The position numbers and the translations under genes were made by a program. Shown in pieces: positions 1 through 8,741 of a stretch of DNA of 52,995 nt. Within the stretch, counting starts at the first letter, position 1, and each line of letters opens with the position of its first letter. This DNA is from Planctomycetota bacterium (GTDB lineage: Bacteria; Planctomycetota; UBA8742; UBA2392): contig JAGQRI010000023.1 of the NCBI GenBank assembly GCA_020425515.1, positions 4,467 to 57,461 on the forward strand. Direction: 5' to 3'. The notes below the pieces were generated by a model. That model was given only the letters and a program-made list of their open reading frames with translations. It had not been told where the DNA came from and made no database searches.

Positions 1-442
1 GCAGCTTCGGGAGAAACGACAGCCCGTCGCTGGTGATTCCCTCAGCGCCGATCAGGATCAGTTCCTCCAGGTTGACCAGCGCGGCCAGCTTGGAAACGCC
101 GGCATCTGAGACGTGGATCGCGCCTAGAACCAGCCGCTTCAACGTGGTGTGTTCCGCAATTTTCGGGAGGCCGGCGTCGGTCAGGTTGCTGTAGTGAAGC
201 TGAAGGTCTTCCAACTGGTCGAAGCGTTCAAGCGCGTCTACGTCCTCGTCTTTCAAACCCTGCGTAACAAGCACCTTCTCGTCGTCCGGGTACTTGTCCA
301 GGTCGCTTGCTGATTTCGAGACCTTGGGCGGCTGACGCGATATGCCGAAGAAGACAGCGAAAGGCGCGACAATCAGCACGGCCAGTCCCAGCAGGATCAG
401 CTTGTCTTTCAAGGTGCGTACTTTCGTTCGCGCTTCAGCCAT
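1..442 (-). CDS. Leucine-rich-repeat protein with N-terminal membrane anchor (5' part only; gene runs off the left edge)
   Basis: Absent from the ORF track, presumably because it has no stop inside the window. My translation of the reverse strand from ATG at 442-440 gives MAEARTKVRTLKDKLILLGLAVLIVAPFAVFFGIS (one hydrophobic helix). LRR-like units follow (LEDLQLHYSNLTDAGLPKIAEHTTLKRLVLGAIHVSDAGVSKLAALVNLEELILIG). Confidence 0.6.
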   Translation of the reverse strand, partial: MAEARTKVRTLKDKLILLGLAVLIVAPFAVFFGISRQPPKVSKSASDLDKYPDDEKVLVTQGLKDEDVDALERFDQLEDLQLHYSNLTDAGLPKIAEHTTLKRLVLGAIHVSDAGVSKLAALVNLEELILIGAEGITSDGLSFLPKL

Positions 443-494
443 GCACAAACGATAACAATCCGGACACATCCGGGAACGAGGGCGTCTGGTCAGT

Positions 495-2135
495 GTGTCC
501 GGCGCGGGGCAAGATGTGCCCATGTCGATCAGCAACGAGCAGGCCTACCTCTTTCGCCATGCGGTGATGCAGGAAGTAGCGTACCAGTTGCAGCCGCCCT
601 CAGAGCGTTCGCGCCTGCACGGCCGCATCGTCGGTATCATCGAGGTGCTGTTCCCGAACTCGCTTGAAGAGCACGCATTGGCGCTCGCTGATCACGCGTT
701 TCATGCCCACCAGGACGAGAGCCGCGGGGATGCCACGCGAACGCACCAGAATCAGGAAGTGAAGTACCTGGCGCTGGCGGCCGAGGTTGCGCGACGGCGG
801 TTTGACAACGAGAGGGCTGTGTCGCTGTTGCGGCGTCTGGCCGGGCTGCCCTGGGCGCCTCCCCGCGAGCGCTTTGATGCCATGGAAGGTGCAGCCGGGC
901 TCCTGATGGACATAGCCCGGGTGGGCGAAGCAGCAGAGATCGTTCCTGTTCTCATTGAGCAGGCACAGCGCTCGGGCATCCCGGAAGATTCGGCGAGGGC
1001 TTATCTGCTGCTGACCCGCCTGGCGGGACTGCAGAGACGCGCGGCCGACGCGATGGTGTATGCGCAGCAGGCGGAGCATTTCGCCGGCAGGTCGGCCGAC
1101 CGTGCACTGCGCGTGAGCATTTTCAGTGAACTGGGTGTGATCTACTTCCGGCGCGGCGAAACCGCGGCGGCGCGTGCCCTGTTCGCGAAAGGGGTCGAGC
1201 TTGCCCGAGAACTCGGTCTGCGAAAAGAACTGGTGTCGGTGCTGAACCGCTGCGGGGCCACCGCAGTGATGGCGGGCGAACTGGACGAGGGTGAGAAGTA
1301 CCTGGAAGAAGCAGAACAGCTCGGGCGGGATCTGAATGACCTGCGCAATGTAGCGGCCGTGCTGTCCAACCAGGGCGTGCTGGCGCGCAGGCGCAATCAA
1401 TACGATGAAGCGCTTAGGCTATATGACGAGTCGCGCAACATCAGCGAGCGCATCGGTCTGCGCGACAACCTGATCAATTGCTACGACAACAGCGGCGTGG
1501 TGCTGAACCTGTTGAACCGTCTTGAGGAGGCGCAGGACGCCCACGAGCGCGCCCGATTGCTGGCGATAGAACTCGGTGATCCGCGGCGCGAAGCGACGTC
1601 GAATCTGAACGCTGCGTTAATCGAGCGCAAGTTCGGGCGTTTTGAACTGGCCCTGCGCATGATGGACGAGTCCTTCGAGCTGCTGGTGAAAGCGGGGGAT
1701 CTGCGGGGACAGATTAATTGCCTTGTGAATCGGGGAAACGTGTACCTGAGCAACATGGACCGGCCTTTTGACGGTCTTCACGATTTCATTCATGCGGAGA
1801 TGCTGGCACGAGGCTCGGGCGATGCTCACGAGGCGACCTGGCACCTCACCCGCCAGGCGGCTGCACTGCAGGCGATGAGGTGTTACGAGGACGCCGTTAC
1901 GGTATGCAACCGTGTGCTGGCACAGTCATCTGAGTACGCAGATGGATTCGACCTCGCCCGACTTGCCTATTTCCACCGTGCCTTTGCGGAGCACGGCCTG
2001 GAACGAAACGAGGAAGCGCTTGGGAGCATCCGGCAGTATCTGCATCTGATTGAAGATCACAGCCTGCCGGAAGAAGTGCACCGCGACGACATCGAATCAG
2101 CCCAGGCACTGTTGAAGGAGCTGACCGGAGACTAG
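495..2135 (+). CDS. Tetratricopeptide-repeat protein resembling the winged-helix plus TPR arm of a STAND-type ATPase, but without an NTPase domain
   Basis: 546-aa ORF (GTG at 495; alternative ATG at 522). The N-terminus YLFRHAVMQEVAYQLQPPSERSRLHGRI resembles the helix that follows the NTPase domain in AAA/STAND-TPR regulators. The rest is repeated 40-aa A/L/Y/G-rich TPR-like units. Confidence 0.75.
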   Translation: MSGAGQDVPMSISNEQAYLFRHAVMQEVAYQLQPPSERSRLHGRIVGIIEVLFPNSLEEHALALADHAFHAHQDESRGDATRTHQNQEVKYLALAAEVARRRFDNERAVSLLRRLAGLPWAPPRERFDAMEGAAGLLMDIARVGEAAEIVPVLIEQAQRSGIPEDSARAYLLLTRLAGLQRRAADAMVYAQQAEHFAGRSADRALRVSIFSELGVIYFRRGETAAARALFAKGVELARELGLRKELVSVLNRCGATAVMAGELDEGEKYLEEAEQLGRDLNDLRNVAAVLSNQGVLARRRNQYDEALRLYDESRNISERIGLRDNLINCYDNSGVVLNLLNRLEEAQDAHERARLLAIELGDPRREATSNLNAALIERKFGRFELALRMMDESFELLVKAGDLRGQINCLVNRGNVYLSNMDRPFDGLHDFIHAEMLARGSGDAHEATWHLTRQAAALQAMRCYEDAVTVCNRVLAQSSEYADGFDLARLAYFHRAFAEHGLERNEEALGSIRQYLHLIEDHSLPEEVHRDDIESAQALLKELTGD

Positions 2136-2181
2136 ACATCCCGGCTCAACGGCAAAGCGCGCGGCGCCAGAAGGAAGCGAA

Positions 2182-2215
2182 GCGGTCGCGTCTCATACAG
2201 CTGAGACACGACCGC
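2182..2215. terminator. Hairpin between the convergent TPR gene and tRNA-Val (possible bidirectional terminator)
   Basis: gcggtcgcgtctca / tacagc / tgagacacgaccgc: 14-bp stem with one C-A mismatch and a 6-nt loop. There is no clear U-tract, so the call is weak. Confidence 0.35.
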
Positions 2216-2225
2216 CGCAGGACGA

Positions 2226-2302
2226 TGGTGGACGTGGAGGGACTCGAACCCCCGACCCTCTGCGTGTAAAGCAGATGCTCTAACCAATTGAGCTACACGT
2301 CC
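2226..2302 (-). tRNA. tRNA-Val (anticodon TAC), CCA encoded
   Basis: The reverse complement folds by hand into a cloverleaf. Acceptor ggacgtg/cacgtcc, D-arm gctc-aattggtta-gagc, anticodon stem tctgc/gcaga with loop tttacac (anticodon TAC), T-arm ggggg-ttcgagt-ccctc, then A-CCA. Confidence 0.9.
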
Positions 2303-2417
2303 GTGCCGCCAAGATACCCTCGCGGATCATCCGCACAACGGGCGGAATTTTGGCGATCCTTGCTCTGTTTCAATGGGCGAATCGTATAACGTTGCGACCT
2401 ATTCTCAGGAACCTGCA

Positions 2418-3527
2418 ATGCGGCTTCGAGTCTTCATCGTTTGCCTGTCCTTGGTGGTGTTGGCCCTCGCGGGTTGTGGCGGCGGTGAGGACGCAGGCGG
2501 CAAACCGCGCTCCAAGTCGTTCCCCGTGCAGGTCGAACCCGTGCAAGGCCTGGAAGTCCAGTACGTGGTCAGTGCGGTCGGTTCGGTGCGTGCCTTCGAA
2601 GAAGTGTTGATCACTGCCCGCGTTCAGGGCGTGGTCGAGAAGATCAACTTCCGGGAAGGCGAGCTCGTCACGTCGGAAACCGTGATGTGCGAGATCGAAC
2701 CCAAGCGCTTCCAGTATGCCTACGACGCCGCCAAGGCGGCCCATGACCGGTCTGTCGCCGAACTCAAGGACGCCAACGACGGTCTGAAACGGCGTGAAGA
2801 CCCCAAGGGCAGCATCTTCTCAAAGGAAGAAGTCGAACTGTGGCGCACCAAGGTCGCCGTTGCCGCGGCCAATGAGCGCGAAAAGGCGGCCGACCTCAAC
2901 CGTGCCGACCTGGACCTCAAGAACGCCCGCCCGACCCCGCCGATGGAAGGCGTCGTGCAGTCGCGGCTGGTGCAGACCGGCCAATGGGTTACGCCCGGGA
3001 CGGTGATCGCCCGTCTGCTCAGGCGCGATCCGATGTTGCTGCGCTTTGCCGTTTCGGAAGACCAGGCCTCGCAGCTCAAGCCGGGGCTGGCGGCCACGTT
3101 CTCACTCAGCGGCGAAAAGCGAGAGTATCACGCGACACTCACCCACGTCGCTGCATCCGCCGACCAGACAACGCGCATGGTCGAGGTCATCGCCGAAGTC
3201 GCGCCCGAAGATGCAGGTGAGCTGACCCCCGGGACGTTCATTCGTGTCACCGTACCTGTCGGTTCGCGCAAGAACGCGCCGACAGTGCCGGAGACCGCCG
3301 TTCGCGCCAGCGAGCAGGGCTTTCTCGTCTACGTTGTCGAGGACGGCAAGGCGCACCAGCGCGTGATCGAGATCGGCCTGCGCACCGCTGACGGCCGCAT
3401 CGAGGTGAAGAGCGGGCTGGCCGTGGATGAAGACGTCGTCGTCCGCGGCGCTGAGGCCCTGCGTGAAGGCGTGGACGTGCGGGTGGTCGGTGGCGAAGGC
3501 GCCGCGCCCGCGGAGGCCAGCCCATGA
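2418..3527 (+). CDS. RND efflux periplasmic adaptor (membrane fusion protein, HlyD family), lipoprotein
   Basis: I prefer the ATG at 2418 (AGGA lies 8 nt upstream). This gives MRLRVFIVCLSLVVLALAGC with a lipobox. The barrel-sandwich, coiled-coil and beta-barrel pattern is typical of MFPs. Its stop overlaps the start of the downstream RND pump (ATGA). Confidence 0.85.
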   Translation: MRLRVFIVCLSLVVLALAGCGGGEDAGGKPRSKSFPVQVEPVQGLEVQYVVSAVGSVRAFEEVLITARVQGVVEKINFREGELVTSETVMCEIEPKRFQYAYDAAKAAHDRSVAELKDANDGLKRREDPKGSIFSKEEVELWRTKVAVAAANEREKAADLNRADLDLKNARPTPPMEGVVQSRLVQTGQWVTPGTVIARLLRRDPMLLRFAVSEDQASQLKPGLAATFSLSGEKREYHATLTHVAASADQTTRMVEVIAEVAPEDAGELTPGTFIRVTVPVGSRKNAPTVPETAVRASEQGFLVYVVEDGKAHQRVIEIGLRTADGRIEVKSGLAVDEDVVVRGAEALREGVDVRVVGGEGAAPAEASP

Positions 3528-6500
3528 AGCTGACCGAGCTGTGCGTGCGCAAACCGGTCCTCGCCTGGATGATCATGGGCGCGACGATCGTGTTCGGGCT
3601 GGTTTCAGGCAGCCGGATCGGCATCAGCCAGTTCCCGGACGTCGACTTCCCCACCGTCAGCGTCAGCGTGACGTGGGAAGGCGCATCACCGGAAGCGGTC
3701 GAGCAGGACGTCGTCGAGATTCTTGAGGAGGCCCTGGTCCAGGTTGAGGGTGTCAAGAACATCAGTTCAACCTCGCGGCAGGGGCGCGGCAACGTCACCG
3801 TGGAGTTCGACATCGACCGCGACATCGACAGCGCCGTGCAGGACGTGCAGAACGTCGTGGCCGAAGCCCAGCGCCGCCTGCCGAACGACGTCGAGCCCCC
3901 CATCGTGCGCAAGAGCAATCCGGAAGACCGCCCGATCATGTACGTCAGCCTGTCCGGCCCATACAGCCGGCAGAAACTGGCCGACATTGTTCGCTATCGG
4001 GTAAAGGAAAAGCTGCAGACGATCGAGGGTGTCGGGGAAGTCACGCTGGGTGGGTACCTCGAGCGCAACGTGCGCATCTGGGTCGACGCGGACAAGCTTG
4101 ACTCGAAGGGGCTCACCGTAAGCGACTTGATCGCCGCTCTGCGCCGTGAGCACGTCGAGTTGCCGGCCGGGCGCATCGAGACCGCCGGGCGCGAAGTCAA
4201 CGTGCGCGTGCTGGGTGAAGCGCTGCATCTGGACGAGCTGCGCGACATCGTGATCCGCGAAGTGGACGGTCACCCCGTGTACGTGCGTGACGTGGCGCTG
4301 GTGGAGGACGGCTTCGAGGATGAACGCCGGCTCAGCCGCGTGAACGGCGTGCCCGCACAGGGACTGGGTATCCGGAAGCAACGCGGCGCGAATGCCGTCG
4401 AGGTTGCAAAGTCGGTGCATGCGACGCTGGACGAAATCCGCCCGACGCTCGAAGACGATATGGACCTGGGCGTCAACTTCGATTCCACGGTGTATATCGA
4501 GGAATCGGTTCACGAGATCGAGTTCGAGCTGGTGTTGGCCGTGATCCTGACGGCGCTGGTGTGCTGGCTTTTCCTGGGCTCGATCAGCAGCACCATGAAC
4601 GTGATCCTGGCGATCCCGATGTCGCTGCTGGGCACGATCGCGATCATCTATTTTGCGGGCTTCACGCTGAACACGTTCACGCTGCTGGCGCTGGCGCTGG
4701 CGGTCGGCATCGTCGTCGACGACGCCATCATGATCATGGAGAACATCTACCGGCACAGTGAGGAGGGCGCGGATCGATTTGCCGCCTCCCTTGGCGGTAC
4801 GAGGGAAATTGCGGGCGCCGCCCTGGCGTCCACGGTTGCGATTTGCGCCATCTTCGCGCCTGTGGCGTTCATGAGCGGCGTGATCGGCAAGTTCTTCCTG
4901 CAGTTCGGCGTGGCGCTGAGTTTGGCCGTGTTGCTGAGCTACGTCGAGGCGATCACGCTGGCGCCCGCGCGCTGCGCCCAGTTGCTCAAACGCGGCGTGA
5001 AGGAAAACCGTGGAGTTGTGGGACGGTTTGTCGACCGCGGCTTCACGGGCCTGAAAGAAAGCTACTCGCGTGCCTTGCAGCCGGCCTTGCGGCACCCCTG
5101 GTTCGTGCTGGTCGTGGGTGCAGCGATCTTCGGGCTGGCATTGTGGATGATGACGAGCTTGCCCAAGGAGTTCGTGCCCAGCCAGGACCAGAGCCGGCTG
5201 ATGGTTCGTCTGTCCACGGCCGTCGGCAGCAGCCTTGAGGAAAGTGACAGCCTGTTCAAGGAAGCCGAGAAGTACGTGTATTCGCGCGATGACGTTGAGC
5301 GCGAGTTCTGCATCGTCGGCGGCTTCGGCGGTGGCGACGTCAACACGGCCATCATTTTCGTGACCCTGAAGCCGCCCGAAGAACGCACGCAAACCCAGAA
5401 CGAAATTGCGGCCGAGATTCGCAAGGAACTCAACAAGACGGCAGGCCTGAAGGCCGTGGTGCAGGATCTAAGCCAGAGCGGTTTCAGCGCGAGGCGCGGC
5501 TTCCCCGTCGAGTTCAGCGTTCGCGGGCCGGATTTCGAGAAGCTGGGCGAACTGTCGCAGCAGATGGCCGACGAAATGCGCGACAGCGGCACTGTCGTGG
5601 ACGTCGACACCGACTACCAGGTCGGCATGCCCGAGCTGCGCATCGTACCGGATCGCGCCAAGGCTGCGGACCTGGGCGTACCGATGGAGGATGTGGCGGC
5701 GACGCTCAACTCGCTCGTCGGCGGCGTGCGTGTCGGCAAGTTCAGCGATTCCGGGCGCCGCCTGGACGTCCGCCTGCGCCTGCTGGCCAGGCAGCGCAGC
5801 ACGCCGCAGGACATCAACCGCTTGCGTGTGCGCACCAGCAGCGGCGAGCGCATCCCGCTGAGCAGCCTGGTCAAGCAGGACGAACGCCCGGTGCTGCAAA
5901 GCATCATCCGCGAAGACCGCGAACGCAGCATCACAGTGTTCGCCAACGTCGCGCCGGGCCACACCCAGAACGAAGCGATTGCGAAGGTGAAAGAGTTGCA
6001 GGCAAAGATGCCTGAGGGGTACCGCATCGTCATGAGCGGCAGCTCGGTCGAATACGAGGACTCATTCACCAGCCTGCTCTTCGCGCTCATTCTCGGCGTG
6101 CTGGTTGCCTACATGGTGTTGGCCGGGCAGTTCAACAGCTTCTTCCACCCGATCACGATCCTGACCATCGTGCCACTCTCAATTGCCGGGGCCGCGGTGG
6201 CGCTGTTCGCGTTCGGGCAGACGCTGAACATCTTCAGCATGATCGGCCTGCTGCTGCTGCTGGGTATCGCGAAGAAGAACTCGATCATCCTGGTGGACTA
6301 CGCGAACCAACTGATGGCGAAAGGCATGACCGCGCGCGAAGCGATGCAGAAAGCCGCGCCGGTTCGACTACGCCCGATCCTGATGACGAGCGTCGCGACG
6401 ATGATGGCGGCGCTGCCGGCCGCGCTTGCGCTGGGGCCCGGTGGCGAGATTCGGCGTCCCATGGCGATCGGCGTGCTGGGCGGGATGTTCGTGGCGACGC

Positions 6501-6649
6501 TGCTCAGCCTGCTCGTGGTGCCGGCCTTCTACGTGCTGATGGATCGCTTCCTCGGACTGTTCCGGGGATCGCCGGCGCGTGTGGTGCCCGCCGCTCCGGA
6601 ACTGTTGCCCGAAGCGGACAGCGATCTGCAGGATTCGCGGATTACGTAG
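3524..6649 (+). CDS. RND family efflux permease (AcrB/AcrD/AcrF-like, HAE1 type)
   Basis: 1041 aa with the characteristic N-terminus (CVRKPVLAWMIMGATIVFG), two large periplasmic loops and 12 predicted TM segments. The motif AVGIVVDDAIMIMENI is typical of AcrB-type pumps. Confidence 0.95.
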   Translation: MKLTELCVRKPVLAWMIMGATIVFGLVSGSRIGISQFPDVDFPTVSVSVTWEGASPEAVEQDVVEILEEALVQVEGVKNISSTSRQGRGNVTVEFDIDRDIDSAVQDVQNVVAEAQRRLPNDVEPPIVRKSNPEDRPIMYVSLSGPYSRQKLADIVRYRVKEKLQTIEGVGEVTLGGYLERNVRIWVDADKLDSKGLTVSDLIAALRREHVELPAGRIETAGREVNVRVLGEALHLDELRDIVIREVDGHPVYVRDVALVEDGFEDERRLSRVNGVPAQGLGIRKQRGANAVEVAKSVHATLDEIRPTLEDDMDLGVNFDSTVYIEESVHEIEFELVLAVILTALVCWLFLGSISSTMNVILAIPMSLLGTIAIIYFAGFTLNTFTLLALALAVGIVVDDAIMIMENIYRHSEEGADRFAASLGGTREIAGAALASTVAICAIFAPVAFMSGVIGKFFLQFGVALSLAVLLSYVEAITLAPARCAQLLKRGVKENRGVVGRFVDRGFTGLKESYSRALQPALRHPWFVLVVGAAIFGLALWMMTSLPKEFVPSQDQSRLMVRLSTAVGSSLEESDSLFKEAEKYVYSRDDVEREFCIVGGFGGGDVNTAIIFVTLKPPEERTQTQNEIAAEIRKELNKTAGLKAVVQDLSQSGFSARRGFPVEFSVRGPDFEKLGELSQQMADEMRDSGTVVDVDTDYQVGMPELRIVPDRAKAADLGVPMEDVAATLNSLVGGVRVGKFSDSGRRLDVRLRLLARQRSTPQDINRLRVRTSSGERIPLSSLVKQDERPVLQSIIREDRERSITVFANVAPGHTQNEAIAKVKELQAKMPEGYRIVMSGSSVEYEDSFTSLLFALILGVLVAYMVLAGQFNSFFHPITILTIVPLSIAGAAVALFAFGQTLNIFSMIGLLLLLGIAKKNSIILVDYANQLMAKGMTAREAMQKAAPVRLRPILMTSVATMMAALPAALALGPGGEIRRPMAIGVLGGMFVATLLSLLVVPAFYVLMDRFLGLFRGSPARVVPAAPELLPEADSDLQDSRIT

Positions 6650-6654
6650 CCCGG

Positions 6655-7971
6655 CTACTTGTAGATCTCTTGCAGCAACAACTCGCCGGCGCGGAGCAGT
6701 TTCTGGTCCATGCTGCTGGCGGCCAGAGGTAGCAGGTTGGCGCGGGTGTCCTTGCGGTACTGGTCGATGCGATCCTTGCTGCGCCCCGAGTTATCGAGCG
6801 TTCGCAGGTTGTGAATGCGGTCGCACAGTTTGACGGCGCGCACCCAGCCGGGCGCGTTGCGCAGCCCCTGGTAGTAGCGCTGCAGGCCCATGTCCTTGGG
6901 CGAGCCGTCGCGCTTGTACATCTTGGTGAGCAGCACTACCGCCCCGGACACGCCCTCACCGAACTTGTCCGTCAGTTCCTGCGGCGTGGTTTGCATGTCG
7001 TCTTCGAGCACGTCGTGCAACAGCGCCGCGATCACCTCGTCGTGCTCGCGCAGCTTGACGTCTTCCACCGCAATCAGCGCGACTTCGAGTGGGTGTGTGG
7101 CGTAAGGCGTGCCTTCGTCGCGAACCTGGCCGGCGTGGGCGCGATACATCACCTCGAGCGCCCGCGTGACGTCGTGGTGCAGCCCCGGCTCGAGCTGTTG
7201 AAACAGGCGGGCTTCCAGCGGCTCGCATTCAGCGGGGCGCGTGATTTTCACTTCGGGCGTTGCGGTCTCGGTTTCGTCTTCGTTGTCGCCGCGGTGACGG
7301 TCATCCATTACGCGGCGCAGGTCCTCGAAGCTGATTTCCTTCTCGACCATCAGCACCATCAGGTGAAAAACCAGGTCGCACATCTCGCCGACGAGGTCGC
7401 TGCGGCTCTCGCTCTTGGCCGCGACGATGGTTTCGGTCGCTTCCTCGCCGAGCTTCTTGAGGATCTTGTTGATGCCTTTCTTGAACAGGTAACTGCTGTA
7501 GCTGCCCTCCGGCAGGGTGTCCTTGCGTTCCTGCAGCAGGGTGCGCACGTCGTCCATCAATGCGCCGAGCTGCGCCCCCCACCCCTGCGCGGCTTGTGGA
7601 GCGTCCTCGATTTCACTGAGCACGGCCTTGTTCTTGAACACGGTCTTGAAGAAGCAGTCAGCCTCTCCGGTGTGGCAGGCCGGACCTTCCGGCAGCACGC
7701 GGGCGACCAGGGCGTCGCCGTCACAGTCCAGCTTCAACTCGGCGACGCGCATGATGTTGCCGCTGGTCTCGCCCTTCACCCAGAGCTGTTTGCGGCTGCG
7801 CGACCAGAATGTCACCAGGCCGGTTTCGAGGGTCTTCCTGAAGGCCTCCGCGTTCATCCAGGCGAGCGTCAGCACCGTGCCGTCGCGGGCGTCCTGCATG
7901 ACGCAGGGCATCAGCCCATTGCTGTCGAAACGCAATCCGTCGATCGGCTGGACTTCGGTAAATTCGCTCAT
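6655..7971 (-). CDS. hisIE: Three-domain fusion: phosphoribosyl-AMP cyclohydrolase (HisI), phosphoribosyl-ATP pyrophosphatase (HisE) and a SpoT/RelA/Mesh1-type HD hydrolase domain
   Basis: The start is ATG at 7971, sharing ATGA with the hisF stop; the track's 41-aa extension is rejected. HisI motifs: [29 protein letters not shown]. HisE motifs: [32 protein letters not shown]. Residues about 251-438 carry [31 protein letters not shown] and [13 protein letters not shown], the RelA/SpoT hydrolase signature. Confidence 0.85.
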   Translation of the reverse strand: MSEFTEVQPIDGLRFDSNGLMPCVMQDARDGTVLTLAWMNAEAFRKTLETGLVTFWSRSRKQLWVKGETSGNIMRVAELKLDCDGDALVARVLPEGPACHTGEADCFFKTVFKNKAVLSEIEDAPQAAQGWGAQLGALMDDVRTLLQERKDTLPEGSYSSYLFKKGINKILKKLGEEATETIVAAKSESRSDLVGEMCDLVFHLMVLMVEKEISFEDLRRVMDDRHRGDNEDETETATPEVKITRPAECEPLEARLFQQLEPGLHHDVTRALEVMYRAHAGQVRDEGTPYATHPLEVALIAVEDVKLREHDEVIAALLHDVLEDDMQTTPQELTDKFGEGVSGAVVLLTKMYKRDGSPKDMGLQRYYQGLRNAPGWVRAVKLCDRIHNLRTLDNSGRSKDRIDQYRKDTRANLLPLAASSMDQKLLRAGELLLQEIYK

Positions 7972-8741
7972 GTTGCCGCTACCTCCGGCGGGCGTATGTT
8001 GATGCCGCGCTCGCGCAAGTACTGCTTCGCCTCGCCCACCGTGTGTTGACCGAAGTGGAAAATGCCGGCTGCCAGTACCGCGGCCGCCCCGCACTCAAGC
8101 CCCTCGGCCAGATGCTCCAGTTTACCAACGCCGCCGGAAGCTATCACCGGGACGGCAGCGGCCTGCGCCGCCTGTTTTGTGAGGTCGAGCTCGAAGCCCT
8201 TGCCGGTGCCGTCGCGATCCATACTGGTCAGCAGGATCTCGCCCGCGCCGAGCTGAACGCCTTGTTTGATCCACTCCAGCGCGTCCCTGCCCGTGTCTTC
8301 GCGCCCGCCTTTCACGTAGACGTGATAGCTGCCGTCTTCCTGTTTGCGGGCATCGACCGCGAGTACCACCGCCTGCTTGCCGAAGCGCTTGGCGCATTCG
8401 CGGATCAGTTCGGGATGGCTGACGGCCGCGCTGTTAATGGCGACCTTGTCCGCGCCGGCCCGCAACAGCCTCTCGAAGTCGTCGACGCTGCGAACGCCGC
8501 CGCCGATGGTGAAAGGGATGCTGAGCTCGAGTGCGCAGCGCCGGGCCAGCTCGACTGTGGTGTCGCGGTTGTCGCTGCTGGCCGTGATGTCGAGGAACAC
8601 CAGCTCGTCGGCTTCCTCAGCGTCGTACCGAAGCGCGCATTCAACGGGGTCGCCGGCGTCGCGCAGCCCGACGAAATTGACGCCCTTGACGACGCGACCG
8701 TCCTTCACGTCGAGGCAGACGATGATGCGTTTGGCAAGCAT
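7968..8741 (-). CDS. hisF: Imidazole glycerol phosphate synthase cyclase subunit
   Basis: [32 protein letters not shown] is a canonical HisF N-terminus, and [12 protein letters not shown] and ASGGVG are also present. The start at 8741 overlaps the upstream stop by 1 nt. The track's longer ORF is an Arg-rich extension. Confidence 0.95.
   Translation of the reverse strand: MLAKRIIVCLDVKDGRVVKGVNFVGLRDAGDPVECALRYDAEEADELVFLDITASSDNRDTTVELARRCALELSIPFTIGGGVRSVDDFERLLRAGADKVAINSAAVSHPELIRECAKRFGKQAVVLAVDARKQEDGSYHVYVKGGREDTGRDALEWIKQGVQLGAGEILLTSMDRDGTGKGFELDLTKQAAQAAAVPVIASGGVGKLEHLAEGLECGAAAVLAAGIFHFGQHTVGEAKQYLRERGINIRPPEVAAT

Noticed and set aside
2360-2390. TTGCTC-N19-TATAAC upstream of the RND adaptor gene as a promoter.
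   Set aside because: The spacer is too long and the -35 is weak, so it could be a chance match.
2136-2417. tRNA-Val (and tRNA-Asp at 49237-49313) as possible integration sites for mobile elements or genomic islands.
   Set aside because: No integrase, transposase, direct repeat of the tRNA 3' end or phage-like genes flank either tRNA. The neighbouring genes are an RND pump and uppP.
3767-5392. 541-aa minus-strand ORF inside the RND pump gene. Similar long antisense or out-of-frame ORFs lie at 600-1400, 6811-8049, 12297-14105, 21233-22162, 22284-23486, 23927-26467, 36197-37594, 37881-39095, 41172-42305, 44951-46108, 49508-51079 and 50650-51795.
   Set aside because: All lie opposite or out of frame with genes that have strong family signatures. 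Their translations are Arg/Ala/Gly/Pro/His-rich with no recognisable motifs, which is the expected artefact of stop-codon scarcity in high-GC DNA.
2418-6649. RND pump operon checked for an outer-membrane factor or a TetR-type regulator that would make it a complete tripartite system.
   Set aside because: Neither is encoded in the window. Two-gene MFP-RND operons that borrow a distal outer-membrane channel are common, so this is not treated as unusual.
7972-8094. N-terminal extensions offered by the ORF track for hisIE. The same kind of extension is offered for hisF to 9059, hisA to 10322, hisB to 11595, gpsA from 26163, uppP from 49328, the transketolase subunit to 29564 and NUDIX to 39898.
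   Set aside because: The extensions are Arg/Gly/Pro-rich, overlap the preceding gene extensively, and precede a Met that begins the conserved family N-terminus. That Met is usually in an ATGA/TGATG overlap with the upstream stop.
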